Positions 13,725-26,047 of a stretch of 64,000 bases of DNA are shown piece after piece. The notes beneath the pieces are model-generated. The model made no database searches. It was not told where the DNA came from and was given only the letters and a program-made list of their open reading frames with translations. Every line of letters begins with the position of its first letter. The stretch's first letter is position 1. The DNA lies in assembly GCA_965153455.1 (NCBI GenBank), contig OZ234493.1, forward strand, positions 28,882,213 through 28,946,212, in the 5' to 3' direction. The position numbers were made by a program, and so were the translations under genes. Origin of the DNA: Sphagnum compactum (Eukaryota).

Positions 13725-14489
13725 TTAGGATTGCTGCAGAAGTTTCCTCAAGACAGCTTCTGCTCGAAGCTCTACCTTGGGAAGAGCCCAGTCATGTTGG
13801 ATAAGATCCAATCCATCTTTCTCAGCACCCAAGGTTTTGGCAGGATCTGCACCAAAGCCACCCATCTGCATGGCCATCTGTGATTGCATCAACCTTTGAG
13901 CATCATCCGTGGCGTTGTCCTCACCAAGGATGAGACTGAAGAGACCACGAAGACCAAACAGGTTCAAGAAATACCAAGAACGACTACTGACATAGCTCAC
14001 GTCCACGGAGCTCAAGTCGATGCCATTCTGCAGCATGCTACGAAACCTCTGTGTCAAAGGGAAGGGAATCTTGGCAGCAACGAAACCGGAGAAGAAGAAA
14101 TTCACCCAAGCGAAAGTAATGGTCTGAGGAATGATCATGGACAGATTCTTCTTCATCATGTCCATCGCCATGTTAGGGTCCGAGAACATTTGCGCTTGCA
14201 TGTTGGGAGCTTGATCTTTTGGCACATGCAACAATCCATTCTGCTCATTTGTATAATACGTTTTGCGCATCAGGAATGCTTTAGTCGGTATGAGATTGGC
14301 TCCTGCTCTCAAATACCTTGCTCTCAACACCACTTGCCCTTCCTTCAACGCCTTCATATCCGGATTCTGCGTCGTCCGCATCATCCTTGACACAAAATGA
14401 CGCAACACGCCGATGAGTACCATGACCACAGACAAAGGCACTAATACCCAGTCACGGATCTGCGTATCCAGCACCAAATCGTTCGCCAT
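13725..14489 (-). CDS. EMC3: ER membrane protein complex subunit 3, single coding exon, 254 aa
   Basis: MANDLVLDTQIRDWVL...FAWVNFFFSGFVAAKIPFPLTQRFRSMLQNGIDL...VSSRSWYFLNLFGLRG; typical EMC3/TMEM111 motifs in an uninterrupted ORF. Confidence 0.95.
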   Translation of the reverse strand: MANDLVLDTQIRDWVLVPLSVVMVLIGVLRHFVSRMMRTTQNPDMKALKEGQVVLRARYLRAGANLIPTKAFLMRKTYYTNEQNGLLHVPKDQAPNMQAQMFSDPNMAMDMMKKNLSMIIPQTITFAWVNFFFSGFVAAKIPFPLTQRFRSMLQNGIDLSSVDVSYVSSRSWYFLNLFGLRGLFSLILGEDNATDDAQRLMQSQMAMQMGGFGADPAKTLGAEKDGLDLIQHDWALPKVELRAEAVLRKLLQQS

Positions 14490-15039
14490 CTCCTCCTCCT
14501 CCTCTGGAAAAATCCCCACAACAACAAACCCTACAACAAAACACACACAACACAACCTCTTCTCTCTGCAAGCGCACCCTAAGAAAACGAAGAAGACGAC
14601 ATAATCCTCGTGCCTTCATGGATGAATCATCCACGAGCAATTTTCTTCCGGAGAAAAAAAAAGGAAATCATCCATAGTCGCCGACTAGTCGTCCCTGAGG
14701 ACCGATTTATCATCCATGAAGATCACTGGTTCACTTGTGTAATCTTTCGTCCCTGCTGCCACCGAGCATGTCTCGCGCGCGTTCGCGGGTCTCACTTTTT
14801 TCTCTTCTCCTTCGACGCAGATTTTGCCGCAGCGAGCTACTTTCACGCGCACAGTTTTATTTTATTTTATTGTTGCGCTTTATAATTTGGGTGCGCTCAT
14901 TGCATCATCAACTTCCTTTTGGATGCGATCCAATTGGGAGTTTTTGGTTTGTTGTGTATAGTCTAGACATGCTTCTTCTTGTTGTATTGACGGAAGCAGA
15001 TCGAGCTTTGGATTATGGCAGGTGGTGAGTGTCAAGGAT

Positions 15040-17206
15040 GTGTTTCACAAGAAGATGAAAGAATACATCATCAAGCTTGTGTACATTGAAATGCTTGGAC
15101 ATGACGCATCATTTGGTTACATTCAAGCTGTGAAAATGACACATGATGCTAATCTGTTGTTGAAACAGAGTGGCTACTTGGCAGTCACTCTCTTCCTCAA
15201 TGAGGATCACGACCTGATCGTCCTCATTGTGAATACAATCCAGAAGGATTTGAAGTCGGATAACTATCTAGTTTGTTGTGCCACACTCACTGCCATTTGC
15301 AAGCTTCTGAACGAAGAGACAATCCCTGCAATCTTGCCTCAGCTGGTGGAGTTATTGACACATCCCAAGGAACTTGTGAGGAAGAAAGCTGTTGTGGCAT
15401 TGCACAGATTTCATCAGTGAGCCCTGAGCACCGTTTCTCATCTTGTCCCTAAATTTCGACAGGTGGGTGGGTGGGTCGTTGGTTGCTATCTACAGATGCT
15501 GTATAAAAAAACTCTCAATGATAGAATTTTTAGGGTTTTGAGGGCACACAACCTGTGAATGATTTGAATTTTTCATTTCAGGATCCACACATTTCTCATC
15601 TTGATTCCAGGTATACAATTGAAAGATAATGTGAGTTTTCTGGTGATGCAGATTCTATGTGACAAGGACCCGAGTGTGATGAGTGCAGCGGTTTGTGCCC
15701 TCTTTTACCTTGTGACAGCTGATGCACAAGCATACAAGAACTTTACAACCAGCTTTGTGAGCATTCTGAAGCAAGTTGCTGAGCATCGACTTCCAAAGCT
15801 TTACAATTACCATCGAACTCCTGCTCCTTTCATCCAGGTAACACTCCCGTTTCCTAGTCTCAACAAGAGCTGGATTTTTCTCTAGCTCTATGATTTTTCT
15901 CTTGCTGATTGGCTGTTGTTGTTTATTTGTGTGGTGTGAGTATAGGTCAAAATTCTGAAGATACTGGCATTATTGGGTGCAGGTGACAAGCACACTAGTG
16001 AGAATATGTACAGTGTGCTTGCTGAAATTTTGAAGAGAAGTGATGCCAATTCCAATATTGGGAATGCCATCCTGTATGAGTGCATTTGCACCATCACCAC
16101 CATTCATGTCAACCCAAGGCTTCTTGAGGTGGCCACTGAAATCACCTCCTGGTTTGTGAAGGTAAAAATTCCTCTTGAAATTCTCTTGTATAAGATTGTA
16201 TTGCCCATGCGCAATGTGATTAACATTCTTGGCTTACTCAAGCTTTTGTAGTACCTTAGTTTTCACACATTCTGCTCATACAAACAAAGTGCAAGTGTTT
16301 CTGTGCTTTATCAAAATATGTGCTGGTGTGGAACAGAGTGAGAATCACAATTACAAGTACATGGGCATTGATGCATTGGGGCGCATCATCAAGTTGAATC
16401 CAGACTTTGCAGAGAAGCACCAATTGGCTGTCATTGATTGTCTTGAGGCATGTTGTTACCAGATTGATGTGTCTTTGCTTTGACTTTCTTGCTTATTTTT
16501 TCGTCTCCTTTTCTGATTTGGTGCTTTGCTTTTGCATTGTCGGGAACTGATGAAGTCAGTCAGGATGGTTATGGAAGGTGATTAGTACCGTACTATATTG
16601 CTGTTGAATGTCTATGAACATGCTTTTCTTGAGACATTCTCAGTACTACTGACAAAGATACTTGATGTTTGGATATTGATTGACACACATGCAATTGAAC
16701 TTTGCGTTTGGAACCATGCACCAGGATCCAGATAATACATTGAAGCACAAGACATTGGATCTTTTGTACAAAATGAGGAAGTCAAGTAATGTGGAGGTGA
16801 TCATGGAGAATATGATAAGGTACATGCAGACCCTCAATGATGCCCACAACAAGACAGAGATTGCAGGTCAAGTTATCAAGTTGGCTGAGCGATTTGCTCC
16901 TAGCAACCAGTGGTTCATACAGGTATTGTTCTACCCAACCTCTTGAATGTTTTTCCATGTCCAGAAGCTTGTCCATTGGAGTCTCCTCAATCATGGTCCT
17001 GAAGATTCTAGAGGTTAACAGGGGTGGGCTTGGTTGGCTACCAGATGGATGGGGGCGTTATGGCATGGATCAGACTATGAACCAGGTGTTTGAGCTTGCA
17101 GGTGACCTAGTGCCTCCCAAAGTTGCACATGACCTGATGCATCTCCTTGCTGAAGGTGCTGGTGAAGATGATGAAGATGCTGACTCCCTCTTGCAATCCT
17201 CTGCAG
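15040..17206 (+). pseudogene. AP4E: AP-4 complex epsilon subunit, internal fragment of six exons with a premature stop
   Basis: KKMKEYIIKLVYIEMLGHDASFGYI...NTIQKDLKSDNYL; LCDKDPSVM; HRLPKLYNYHRTPAPFIQ; DPDNTLKHKTLDLLYKM; LAERFAPSNQWFIQ. In-frame TGA at 15418-15420. No N-terminal or C-terminal exons were found. Confidence 0.85.
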
Positions 17207-19001
17207 TATGATGCCACTCCCTTCTGCCATATCCATGCACAGTTGCATGCAAAACAGGCCAAACAACGCAAAGAGTTTCTACATAATGAAGCACATATGT
17301 GCTACCAGCAACCTCTTCCAACAGCATATGGTCACTACTCATACACCCGATCTGAACCATCATACACTGACAGTTTGCCCTATGATCACACAGATTCAGG
17401 TATCTCACACTGCCACCCTTCAGTTTATGAGTCATACTCAGATACTGGGGTGGCATCTTATAACAGAAAGCATGGACAAGATGGTTGTAAGGTGTACAGC
17501 AAAAGCCAGGTGTATGAAACCTCATCCTATCTATATGTGGGCTCTCCACCATACCCTGCATATGGGTGAGTGTTTGTAGAGAAGAGATGGGGTGTGGCCG
17601 AAGCAGGGAGTTTGGCAGGATGTGAGTTTGGCTTTTGACTGGTGGAGCCTGCAACAAATACTGGGGTTAGCTGGCAATTGAGTACACTGGATACAGTAGG
17701 GTGATTTAAGATGGCACAACTGTGGAAGTTACTGGTACATTATTCTTACTTTGGTTGTTTTATGCAAGTATTTATTGAACAGAAACTCCAATGCTGAGTA
17801 GCACTGGAGATTTCACATGGATGATCAATAAATATACCATTGTACTTTTGTCAGTAAGTTTAGCAACTGAGAAGAGCAAGCCCCATCCTAGGATCAATTC
17901 ATTACAAGGTGTATTGTATCTCAAATGGATGTAAATATATGTATGTAGAGCTTGGCCACAAGTGCTTCCTTTTGCACTGCCCTGATGCTGGCCATGCACC
18001 AATTTGCCAGGAATTTTAGTCAACATGCTAATACATTATAAGACACAGAGTGTCTAGGGTAGGACTTGTAGGTTGTGCCAGTACAAATGAGTTTTAATGT
18101 TATACAGTTAATTGCAAAGCTTGATTTGTTTGAACATTGTTAGAAAAATATGTTGCAATTTAATGCAAAGAAAATGGAGGGGCAACTCAAAGTTTTATCT
18201 TATATAATCGTTTCAGTTATACTGTTCTGGAAGACATCAGCAAATTGAATGGCTTTATAGCTGTGAAAATCAGGGTGGCCTAGAAGGTTTCTATTTTTAC
18301 CTGTTTGCTGTGGAATTTGTCCTGATAGTAATGTGCAGGGCCATTGCAGGCATTTCCCTGCATAGCACCAACATCTCTCGCTCCTTTCATGTGTTTCCCA
18401 TCAAGCGGAATCAAGGGCAGCAAATGTGCTGCCACAATGATGGGAACCCTCTCATGGTTCAGAAGCAATTGTTCGACGGTTTTATAAGAGAAAAAACCAT
18501 GGATACAAATTTTGTCAAAACCTACCAATCACTGCATGATTGCAGTGAGATTTTTGTCCAGAAATTGATTGCAGCTATGGTGGGGGTTTAGGGTTGAGAG
18601 TTAGATCAAACAACCCCCATGTCTGCAAACCTACTTACCAACCAAGCACAGTAGTGCATTGCTGTCCCATCTACAAAGTGCACTACAAGCTCAAGAATCC
18701 TCATAATTGGCTGAAAAGAACTTCTATAAACTGTGCAAAATCAAGAATGTGCTGAGAAGAGGAGGAAAAACAACCAAAAAATACCTGCCATTACATCCCC
18801 ATTGCATCAAGTACTAGAGACCAACAGATATAACATGGCTGTGAGATTACATAAGAGAAACTCCTTGACAGCCCTTTGAAGCTCACAAATCAACAAGACA
18901 GTCTTCCAAATTTACACCAGTTCTCAGCCTCAGAGTGTACAGAGAGAGAAAGACAGAGAGAGAAGAAGAAGAAGAAGAAGAAGAAGGTGGGGTGAACAGA
19001 T

Positions 19002-19619
19002 CTAGCCTGGAGGCCATTTCATTTGGCGACCGCCAAGCAAGTGCAAATGCAGGTGATAGACAGATTGACAGCCATTAGGGCCATCGTTGATGACCACGCG
19101 GAAACCATTATCCAGCCCTTCTTGATCTGCTACGCGTTTGGCCGCCAACAGGAGCTGACCTAACACGTCCTTATGCCTTGCATCGGCCTTGCTGAGCTGC
19201 GTCAAGCCGTCTCTCCGCTTGGGGATGAGAACCACATGGACGGGCGCTTGCGGATTGATGTCACGGAACGCCAACACGGATTCATCCTCGTACACCACGG
19301 AGGCGGGGATCTCCCTGCTCACTATCTTGTCGAATAAGGTAGGCGCCCCTGTGTCTAGCGTGACTGCTGCTGCCGCGGCCGTCTTAGCTGCAGCTTCTTC
19401 GTCTCCACTTCGGGCCTTCACCGCCGTGGTACTACTACTACTCCACAGCCTTTTTGAGCCTATTGCGGTGCCAGCTGCTGCAAGAAGACGTTGCCCACAA
19501 CTAGCTTTTTGCAAGCCTAAAACTGATTTGCAGCTCCGTGCTGCTGCTATTCCGCTGCTGCAGCACGGCACGATACCAGCCGCGTGCGCAGTGAGGCCCA
19601 GCAGCGCCCATCTCGCCAT
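19002..19619 (-). CDS. HINT2: Histidine triad nucleotide-binding protein with N-terminal transit-like extension (HINT2-like), single exon, 205 aa
   Basis: PTLFDKIVSREIPA...AFRDINPQAPVHVVLIPK...GFRVVINDGPNGCQSVYHLHLHLLGGRQMKWPPG; HxHxH triad; Ser/Ala/Arg-rich leader. Confidence 0.92.
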   Translation of the reverse strand: MARWALLGLTAHAAGIVPCCSSGIAAARSCKSVLGLQKASCGQRLLAAAGTAIGSKRLWSSSSTTAVKARSGDEEAAAKTAAAAAVTLDTGAPTLFDKIVSREIPASVVYEDESVLAFRDINPQAPVHVVLIPKRRDGLTQLSKADARHKDVLGQLLLAAKRVADQEGLDNGFRVVINDGPNGCQSVYHLHLHLLGGRQMKWPPG

Positions 19620-21599
19620 GCGTGATGGATGATGATATGTACTTGGGTGGTGGTGGTATGTAGGTATTCTCTCTCTCTCTCTCCTTCTTGCAAAACCCGC
19701 GATCACTACACCAATTGCACAAACTTACACTCATCTAGTAGCTACAAAATTGGATTCCAATTATTGTATACTCATATGCTGCGCATTCGAAACCATCTCC
19801 AACTCGTCAAATGATGAAAGCAGAGCCACGAGAATCGTGAACCAAGGCAGAAGCCGCGAGGACGACGACGACGACCCGAGAGGGTTCGAGCTTGGGAAGC
19901 GTCGCGTATAATACGGTCAGGACGTATGTACTTGTTCATTCAATACAATATATAAAATACGTACAATATATATTCCTGCACACAAACAAAATCAAATTTA
20001 CATACTCAATTTCACTACCAACTAAGAATTGCCAATATTAGTCTTACAAGGAAGATGACATTGGGAGTATAACCTATAATTGTTGTTTCCACTAGAATAG
20101 GTGACCTTACATGATTATTGAAGTTCACAACATGACAATGAAAAAAAATTCAATCATAAACAATCTCACATTTGACTTTTCACCTAAAATTGTAGTATCA
20201 CAAATGAATCAAATGGTCAATATGTAAGTGGAGGGATACTTGACTAGATGGATTGAGGAATCCTTTTCACAAGGATGGGGATTGATTTTTTTTTGTCACA
20301 TTTTATTAGCAATAATTTGGGCTTTTCACAACCAAAATAATTTGTTATACAATTTCATTGTTTGAACTCAAAGTCCAACATTATGGCCAACATGTTATGA
20401 ACATGAACAATTGTAGAAGTATTTAAAAGGTTAAAAAAAAAAGGCTAGCATATTGGTCGCTTTTGGACTCATGCAACCATGGAGGATCTTGAGCTCATCA
20501 TCAAATTGCAATGTAAAAAAAAAGCATACACATAGCTCAATGCTTGAAGTTAGCTCTAAGTTTCATGGATTTAGTAATAATAACATTCAAGGCATCAAAC
20601 AAGAACCCATAGCCTTTTTATTTAATTTAAAACACATTCTTCCACAATTTTTCTTCAAATATCCACCCCGTCCCATGTAATGGCCCAAGTCAACTCAATG
20701 AGACATTCATAAATCAAACATGACACTAGTTGGCACAAGTATAAAGGAAAGTTAACACAAATTTGTCCATGGACTTGTACATCATGGCCTATGAATATGT
20801 TAACTACTTACAACTTGGAAACTTGATATTGAACTTGTCCCTATCCAAACAAGAGATTGAAGCCATGGTAATCAAATGCTAAAAATGGCTCCACATGTCT
20901 GGGCTATATAAAAAAATCAAATCTTCTATAAATTCAAAATCATCCATGCAATTATGAACATAAGATTCATATTCACAAGACTACCTTATTTCATCAACTA
21001 CATCCACGCATCAAGATTGTGATCATGATGACAATTGGAACAATGTTGAAATAGGTGATTGACACCAACCACTATAGGCACAAAAAAATGGACACGTCTT
21101 ATTAAACAAACAATAATTTCATTCACATTATACACATCATCATTTATTCATGTTATCACATATGTTTTCAACAAACTATCAAACCAAAATGAATGCATAG
21201 AAATGATCGGACGACTACCTTAATAACATTTGTTGTTGTTGCATTCACCAAACATAACTATTGAAATGATTCGCACTTCCTTTCCTCGTTGCAATAGTCA
21301 CAACATCTACATTCAACCATTTAAAACTTAACCATGTTATGCTTGTGCAAGCAATATTTTGGACTTCAATGGATTGCTATGAAACTCTACAAGCTATAGG
21401 TCATAACAAGCATCCTTTCCATGGCAACAAGTACAAGAGTAACAAGCATAAAGGTCTAAACCTACCAATTCGAAAGGTTTTCGAATATCAATATTTTCAT
21501 AGGTTGGCACTGGTAGATTATGTTGTTTCTTATTTGTTTAAACTATTTAAAAACCTAACAATTTATTTAAAACACGCCTAAGCAATTAGTTCAAACCTT

Positions 21600-21780
21600 T
21601 ATGCCAAGGAGCCAATATTGAATGCTAGTTATTACTCCCAATATGCCAAAAAGTTTGCCCAATTAAGCTCACCTACTAGCACTTAGTATCAATTTTCTAA
21701 GACATAGTTTCCCTAACATCAAAACCAAGCTACTCTATTTTGAAGGGGATTTTGAATATTAAAAAACCCTAACTCACAAT
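21600..21780 (-). mobile_element. Possible decayed hAT transposase C-terminal (dimerisation) remnant
   Basis: Minus strand reads ..ILSASR..ELNWANF across a frameshift, resembling hAT SAS.CERNWS; very degenerate. Confidence 0.25.
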
Positions 21781-22359
21781 ATTCCTTCAACATTGGCCAC
21801 ATTAGGTTTACACAAATGTTGATTAGTTTTAAGATTTATACAAGTTTAGGTCCAAATTATAGGTCAAGTTTTAAGATCTTTGGAAGTTCCAAATTTTGTT
21901 GGAATTGCTATTGGAACCTAACAGAGCAATTGACCTCTTTTTGAAAATAAAATTAGAACTTGGACTTGAGGTGCTATCTCATTTTAAATTGGTTTAGGTT
22001 CTCTAAATAGATAAATACAACTTTATTAAACATATATAAATTTGACTTTATATTATAAGCAAGTTATTGCACTTGATTGATTATACATAATTAATTTAAC
22101 ATAAATTCTATTTTGAACTATGTGGACTAGTTGGACATTCTAATATTACATAATTATTATTTTTTGGTTTAGTTGTGTGTAATGGAAATGGAACCAAACT
22201 TGGTCTTAAGAGTGGACTTGTTCCATCAAAAGACAAAGAAAAGAGCTAAAATCAGGGACCCAAGGTTCTTTTGAAATCAAGAACTGGTGGCAGGTAGGGT
22301 GTCTAATACTTGGTCTCATTCATACCCTTGTCGGACCCTATATACCAACACAACACTCT

Positions 22360-22857
22360 TTTAAGACCTGAATCTTTTGACACATGGGTTTTGAGACCTG
22401 AAATTCTGACAGTAAGGAGTAGGAAATTGTGTTTTGAGATCTGAGGTTCCTGACAGCGTGGATTAGGACATGGATTTTGAAAAACTTAACAGGTTTATGG
22501 CCTACATTAAGACATGGGTTTGAGACCTAAGATTCTGATGGTGTGGATTAAGACGTGGCGTTGAGACCTAAGATTCTGAACAGCACGGATCAGCATGTGA
22601 GTTTGAGACCCAAAGATTCTGACAGTATGGAATAGGACGTGGATTTGTTGAGACATAAGATTCTGACAGCATGGATCAGCACGTGGGTTTTGAGATGTAA
22701 GATTCTGACAGCGTGGAATAGGACGTGGATTTGTTGAGACATAAGATTCAGAGAGCGTGGATCAGGACGTGAGCTTGAGACGTAAGATTCCGAGAGCGTG
22801 GATCAGGACGTGGGTTTGAGACCTAAGATTCTGACAGCGTGGATTAGGACGTGAGAC
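22360..22857. repeat. Minisatellite, ~38-41 bp unit, about 12-13 copies
   Basis: Consensus approximately gagacctaagattctgacagcgtggatcaggacgtgggttt; the right-hand copies are better conserved. Confidence 0.92.
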
Positions 22858-23132
22858 TTTTCTCCAAGCTGCGACACAGAAAACAGAAAGAGGAGAGAGA
22901 GTGTACGCGCGTCGCGTCTCTTGTGCGCGTGTCTGCGTTGTACAGCAACGCAGATCAAGCGAGCGAGGGAGCGAGCAGAAGGCAGCAAGCAGCGGGAGGG
23001 ATATGACCACATCACTGTGAGTGGCAAATAAAAAGAGAATAGAGAAAAAAAGAGAAAGAACAAGGAGGGAAAAAAATAAAAGAGAGAGAGAGTAGATACA
23101 GATACACAGAGACATAGAAAAAGACTCAGACA

Positions 23133-24060
23133 ATGATTCTGTTGGAGGGTCCTTCGCGTGTGCTGCAGCAGGTTCTTCATACGCGCGTGAAGAAGTAAGT
23201 AGTATTTAATCTCTCATCATCATCATCATCATCTTTCACCACACCCGTGCGTGCACGCACCCTAGAATCTTCCCCGCTTCCTCATTTGAAATCTGTCCTG
23301 GTTTTCGAAATCTCGAGAACCCCAGAATGTTGACACACCTCTGTGTGACGTGATTTCTTGAGAGGGTTGCATTTGAACCTTTCAAGCATTCGAGGACCAG
23401 GAAATCAATCCGTGTTTGGTCTTTTTTTTTTTCTAATTTTTAGGGGTTTCCTGGTTTGTGAGTTCTGTTCCGCTTCAGTTATGCGCAAGCATAACCCTAA
23501 TCAGCAGTAAGACAACCAGAAAATGAAATTTTTTCGAGACAATATCTCTCCAAAACTCTAATCTCTCTTATTGTGTTGTGGTAGTATGGAGAAGCCTGCA
23601 GAGGTGGATTTTCATCTTGTGGAGTTTGATGATGTGCGGTATCACATTCAGGTATTGCTTATTGCAAATACTTGCTGCCTCAACCTCTGTCAGACTTTTG
23701 TCTGAGCTTTTCAGAGTCACAACCCTATATTGAAGATGGATTTTGAGTGTTAGGCGGACAGTCTGGAAAGGGAAACAAAAATTCTACTTTGCTTAGGGTT
23801 TCTTAAGTACCTCTGAACTTTCTATTTTTTCCATGTGATCAGATCCTTCCATCTTAGCATTATTGGAGTCAGGCTATGATTGTGAGCTTCTGTGCCAAAG
23901 AATAATTGAAAGGTCATGAGGCCAATCTTTTTGCCTTTGGGCATTTGCAGATTTGTGGTGTGATCTGATGGGGCTGAATGAATGCAGGCTTCAGCAAAGG
24001 ATCCTCAACATGTGCTTTTGTCAATTGCTTTGCCTCCACCACCACCTGAGACTGTTCTTA
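23133..24060 (+). pseudogene. ARPC2: Arp2/3 complex subunit 2, 5' fragment (exons 1, 2 and part of 3)
   Basis: Exon 23133-23194 MILLEGPSRVLQQVLHTRVK; exon 23585-23651 MEKPAEVDFHLVEFDDVRYHIQ; exon from 23988 ASAKDPQHVLLSIALPPPPPETVL, then an abrupt switch to AT-rich repeat. Splice phases are consistent. Confidence 0.85.
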
Positions 24061-24490
24061 TTTGAATTTTAAAAAATTGATATTTTAATTTTGATAATTG
24101 AATTTTCAATTTTTAAATAGTTATTTGAATTTGAAAATTAATATTTTAGATCTGAAAATGGTTATTTGAATCTACAAATTGATATTCCAATATGAAAATT
24201 GTTCTTTCAATTCTTTAAAAAATTATTTGATTTTGGAAGAAACATTATTTCAATCTATTACTGGCTATTTTAATTTTAAATATTTGAATCTAAAAATAAA
24301 TCATTTAAATTTTTAATATAATTAATTGAATCAAAAAATGGAGTTGTCAATTTCGAATTTTTTTATTTGGATCTAAAGTTGATATTAAAAATTTTTAAAT
24401 TATTATTTCAAACTAAAAAAAGTAGTTCAATTTAATATTTTATATTTTAAGTCTGAAATATTTTATTTAAATCTATAATTTGATATTTAG
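24057..24490. repeat. AT-rich degenerate short-period (~21 bp) repeat
   Basis: Recurring (t)tatttgaat(t/c)t..aaaat..g motifs in very AT-rich sequence. Confidence 0.55.
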
Positions 24491-25156
24491 TAATAAAAGT
24501 TATAACAAATGAAATAGTAAGAAAAGTAATTATGAAAAATAGCTAGTCGTTACATAAATTAATAATGTAAATTTTTTTTAATATTATTAAATATTTAATG
24601 TAGTAAAATATAGATTTTTTTAAAAATTTTACGACATGAATTATTATTCAAAAAATATTATAATTAATAAAATTATCATAATTAATAAATATTTACTAAA
24701 AGTGAGATAATAATAATATTATTATTATTATTAATTAGGCTAGTTACTAGATACTAGCTACATTAATAATATTATTATATTATTATTTATTAGATTTATT
24801 ATAAATAATTTAATTACGAGGTAAATTAAACTTAAATTAATTTAACCTAACCTAACTTAAGATGATAAACTAATTAATAGTTGATAGTTAGTATGGAGTT
24901 GTTAATACATGCAATTAGGATACAACTAAATTACGAAAAAAATTTATCCCATATATTTTGTCTTGACTTTTAATTTAGAAACCATATAACTAAGTGCATT
25001 AGAACATTGAAAATACACAAATAACATTAAAAACCAAATGCCATTTTTGATCAGTTAATCAAATAAGGTTGACATTTAAAGGTTAAACTTAAAATAAAAT
25101 AGGATTTAAAAACCTAACCTATTTCCTAGCCTACACTTACTTAGTTACTTACTTAA

Positions 25157-26047
25157 TGATGCACTCCCAAATTCCTTAACAAATTCAAGTATGAGTCCAA
25201 AGGTGAAAACAACAAGAATAAAAAGTTTGGGAATGAATAGGTACGCTCCTTAACTCGCAACACTTCGGGGATAAAAGGGGCATGCTAGAGTTCCGAGATG
25301 GGGGTTAGGGCAAACGACAAGCAGGTCAATTATTTTCACAGACTTGCACAAACCAAACAACAAGTTAGTTATTGCATAATTAGAGTGTTTTCGATGCACG
25401 GATGAACCATGGGCATACACGGGTTCATAAGACTCATCATGGCCTGGACTTGGGGGAAGCCACCACCTCCCCCTTATAGTAGTCTCTGTGCCTGGCCATA
25501 AGATTGCACCAAATGTCATTTTGTCTCGAGAGTCCGAATTCAAGAATTGTGAAATTTTCGAAATTATGACTCCCACAACTTTGGAGGCCATTTCATGTAA
25601 ACCTCCGATTGAAATGAAGTTTAAAGCAAAGTTGTAACCTTTGTCAAGAGCTTTCCAAATATATGTGGCACACCACCTGAAAGTAAAATAAATCAAGGAG
25701 ATTTTCAACTTTTAGTGGTCGGGAGTCAGATTGACACTTTGACACCCAACCCTTCTTTTGGCCATAACTTGTGTTTTAAGTACTCAAATGGGGCACACGA
25801 GCCCATTTTAGACATCTAAGTTTCAAAACCCAATGAGTTTGGACCCCTGAAATTGTTTTTTCAAAATTTAGGAGTCCATTGAGACTACAACTCCCAAAAT
25901 GGGAGCCCCCTTGGGAGTGTGTAGGTTCATTCCCTCACACTCTCCTACACTCTAAAAAGTCTGAAATGTGACTTTCGAGCTTCACTATCGACCTGCACCT
26001 TTGCGAGCCCTTGCCTTAGTCATGAGCCCAAGACTAGAGTCATGACA
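25157..26047 (-). mobile_element. Putative solo LTR (~890 bp)
   Basis: Discrete GC-richer block with TG...CA ends (tgatgc...catgaca); flanks cttaa / cctag fit a 5-bp TSD with two transitions. Confidence 0.6.

Noticed and set aside
13884-14390. 168-aa plus-strand ORF
   Set aside because: Antisense shadow of EMC3 with no recognisable motifs.
19189-19632. 147-aa plus-strand ORF
   Set aside because: Antisense shadow of the GC-rich HINT2 CDS.
22360-22857. CRISPR-like look of the ~39-bp repeat array
   Set aside because: Units are contiguous with no unique spacers, there are no cas genes, and the context is eukaryotic.
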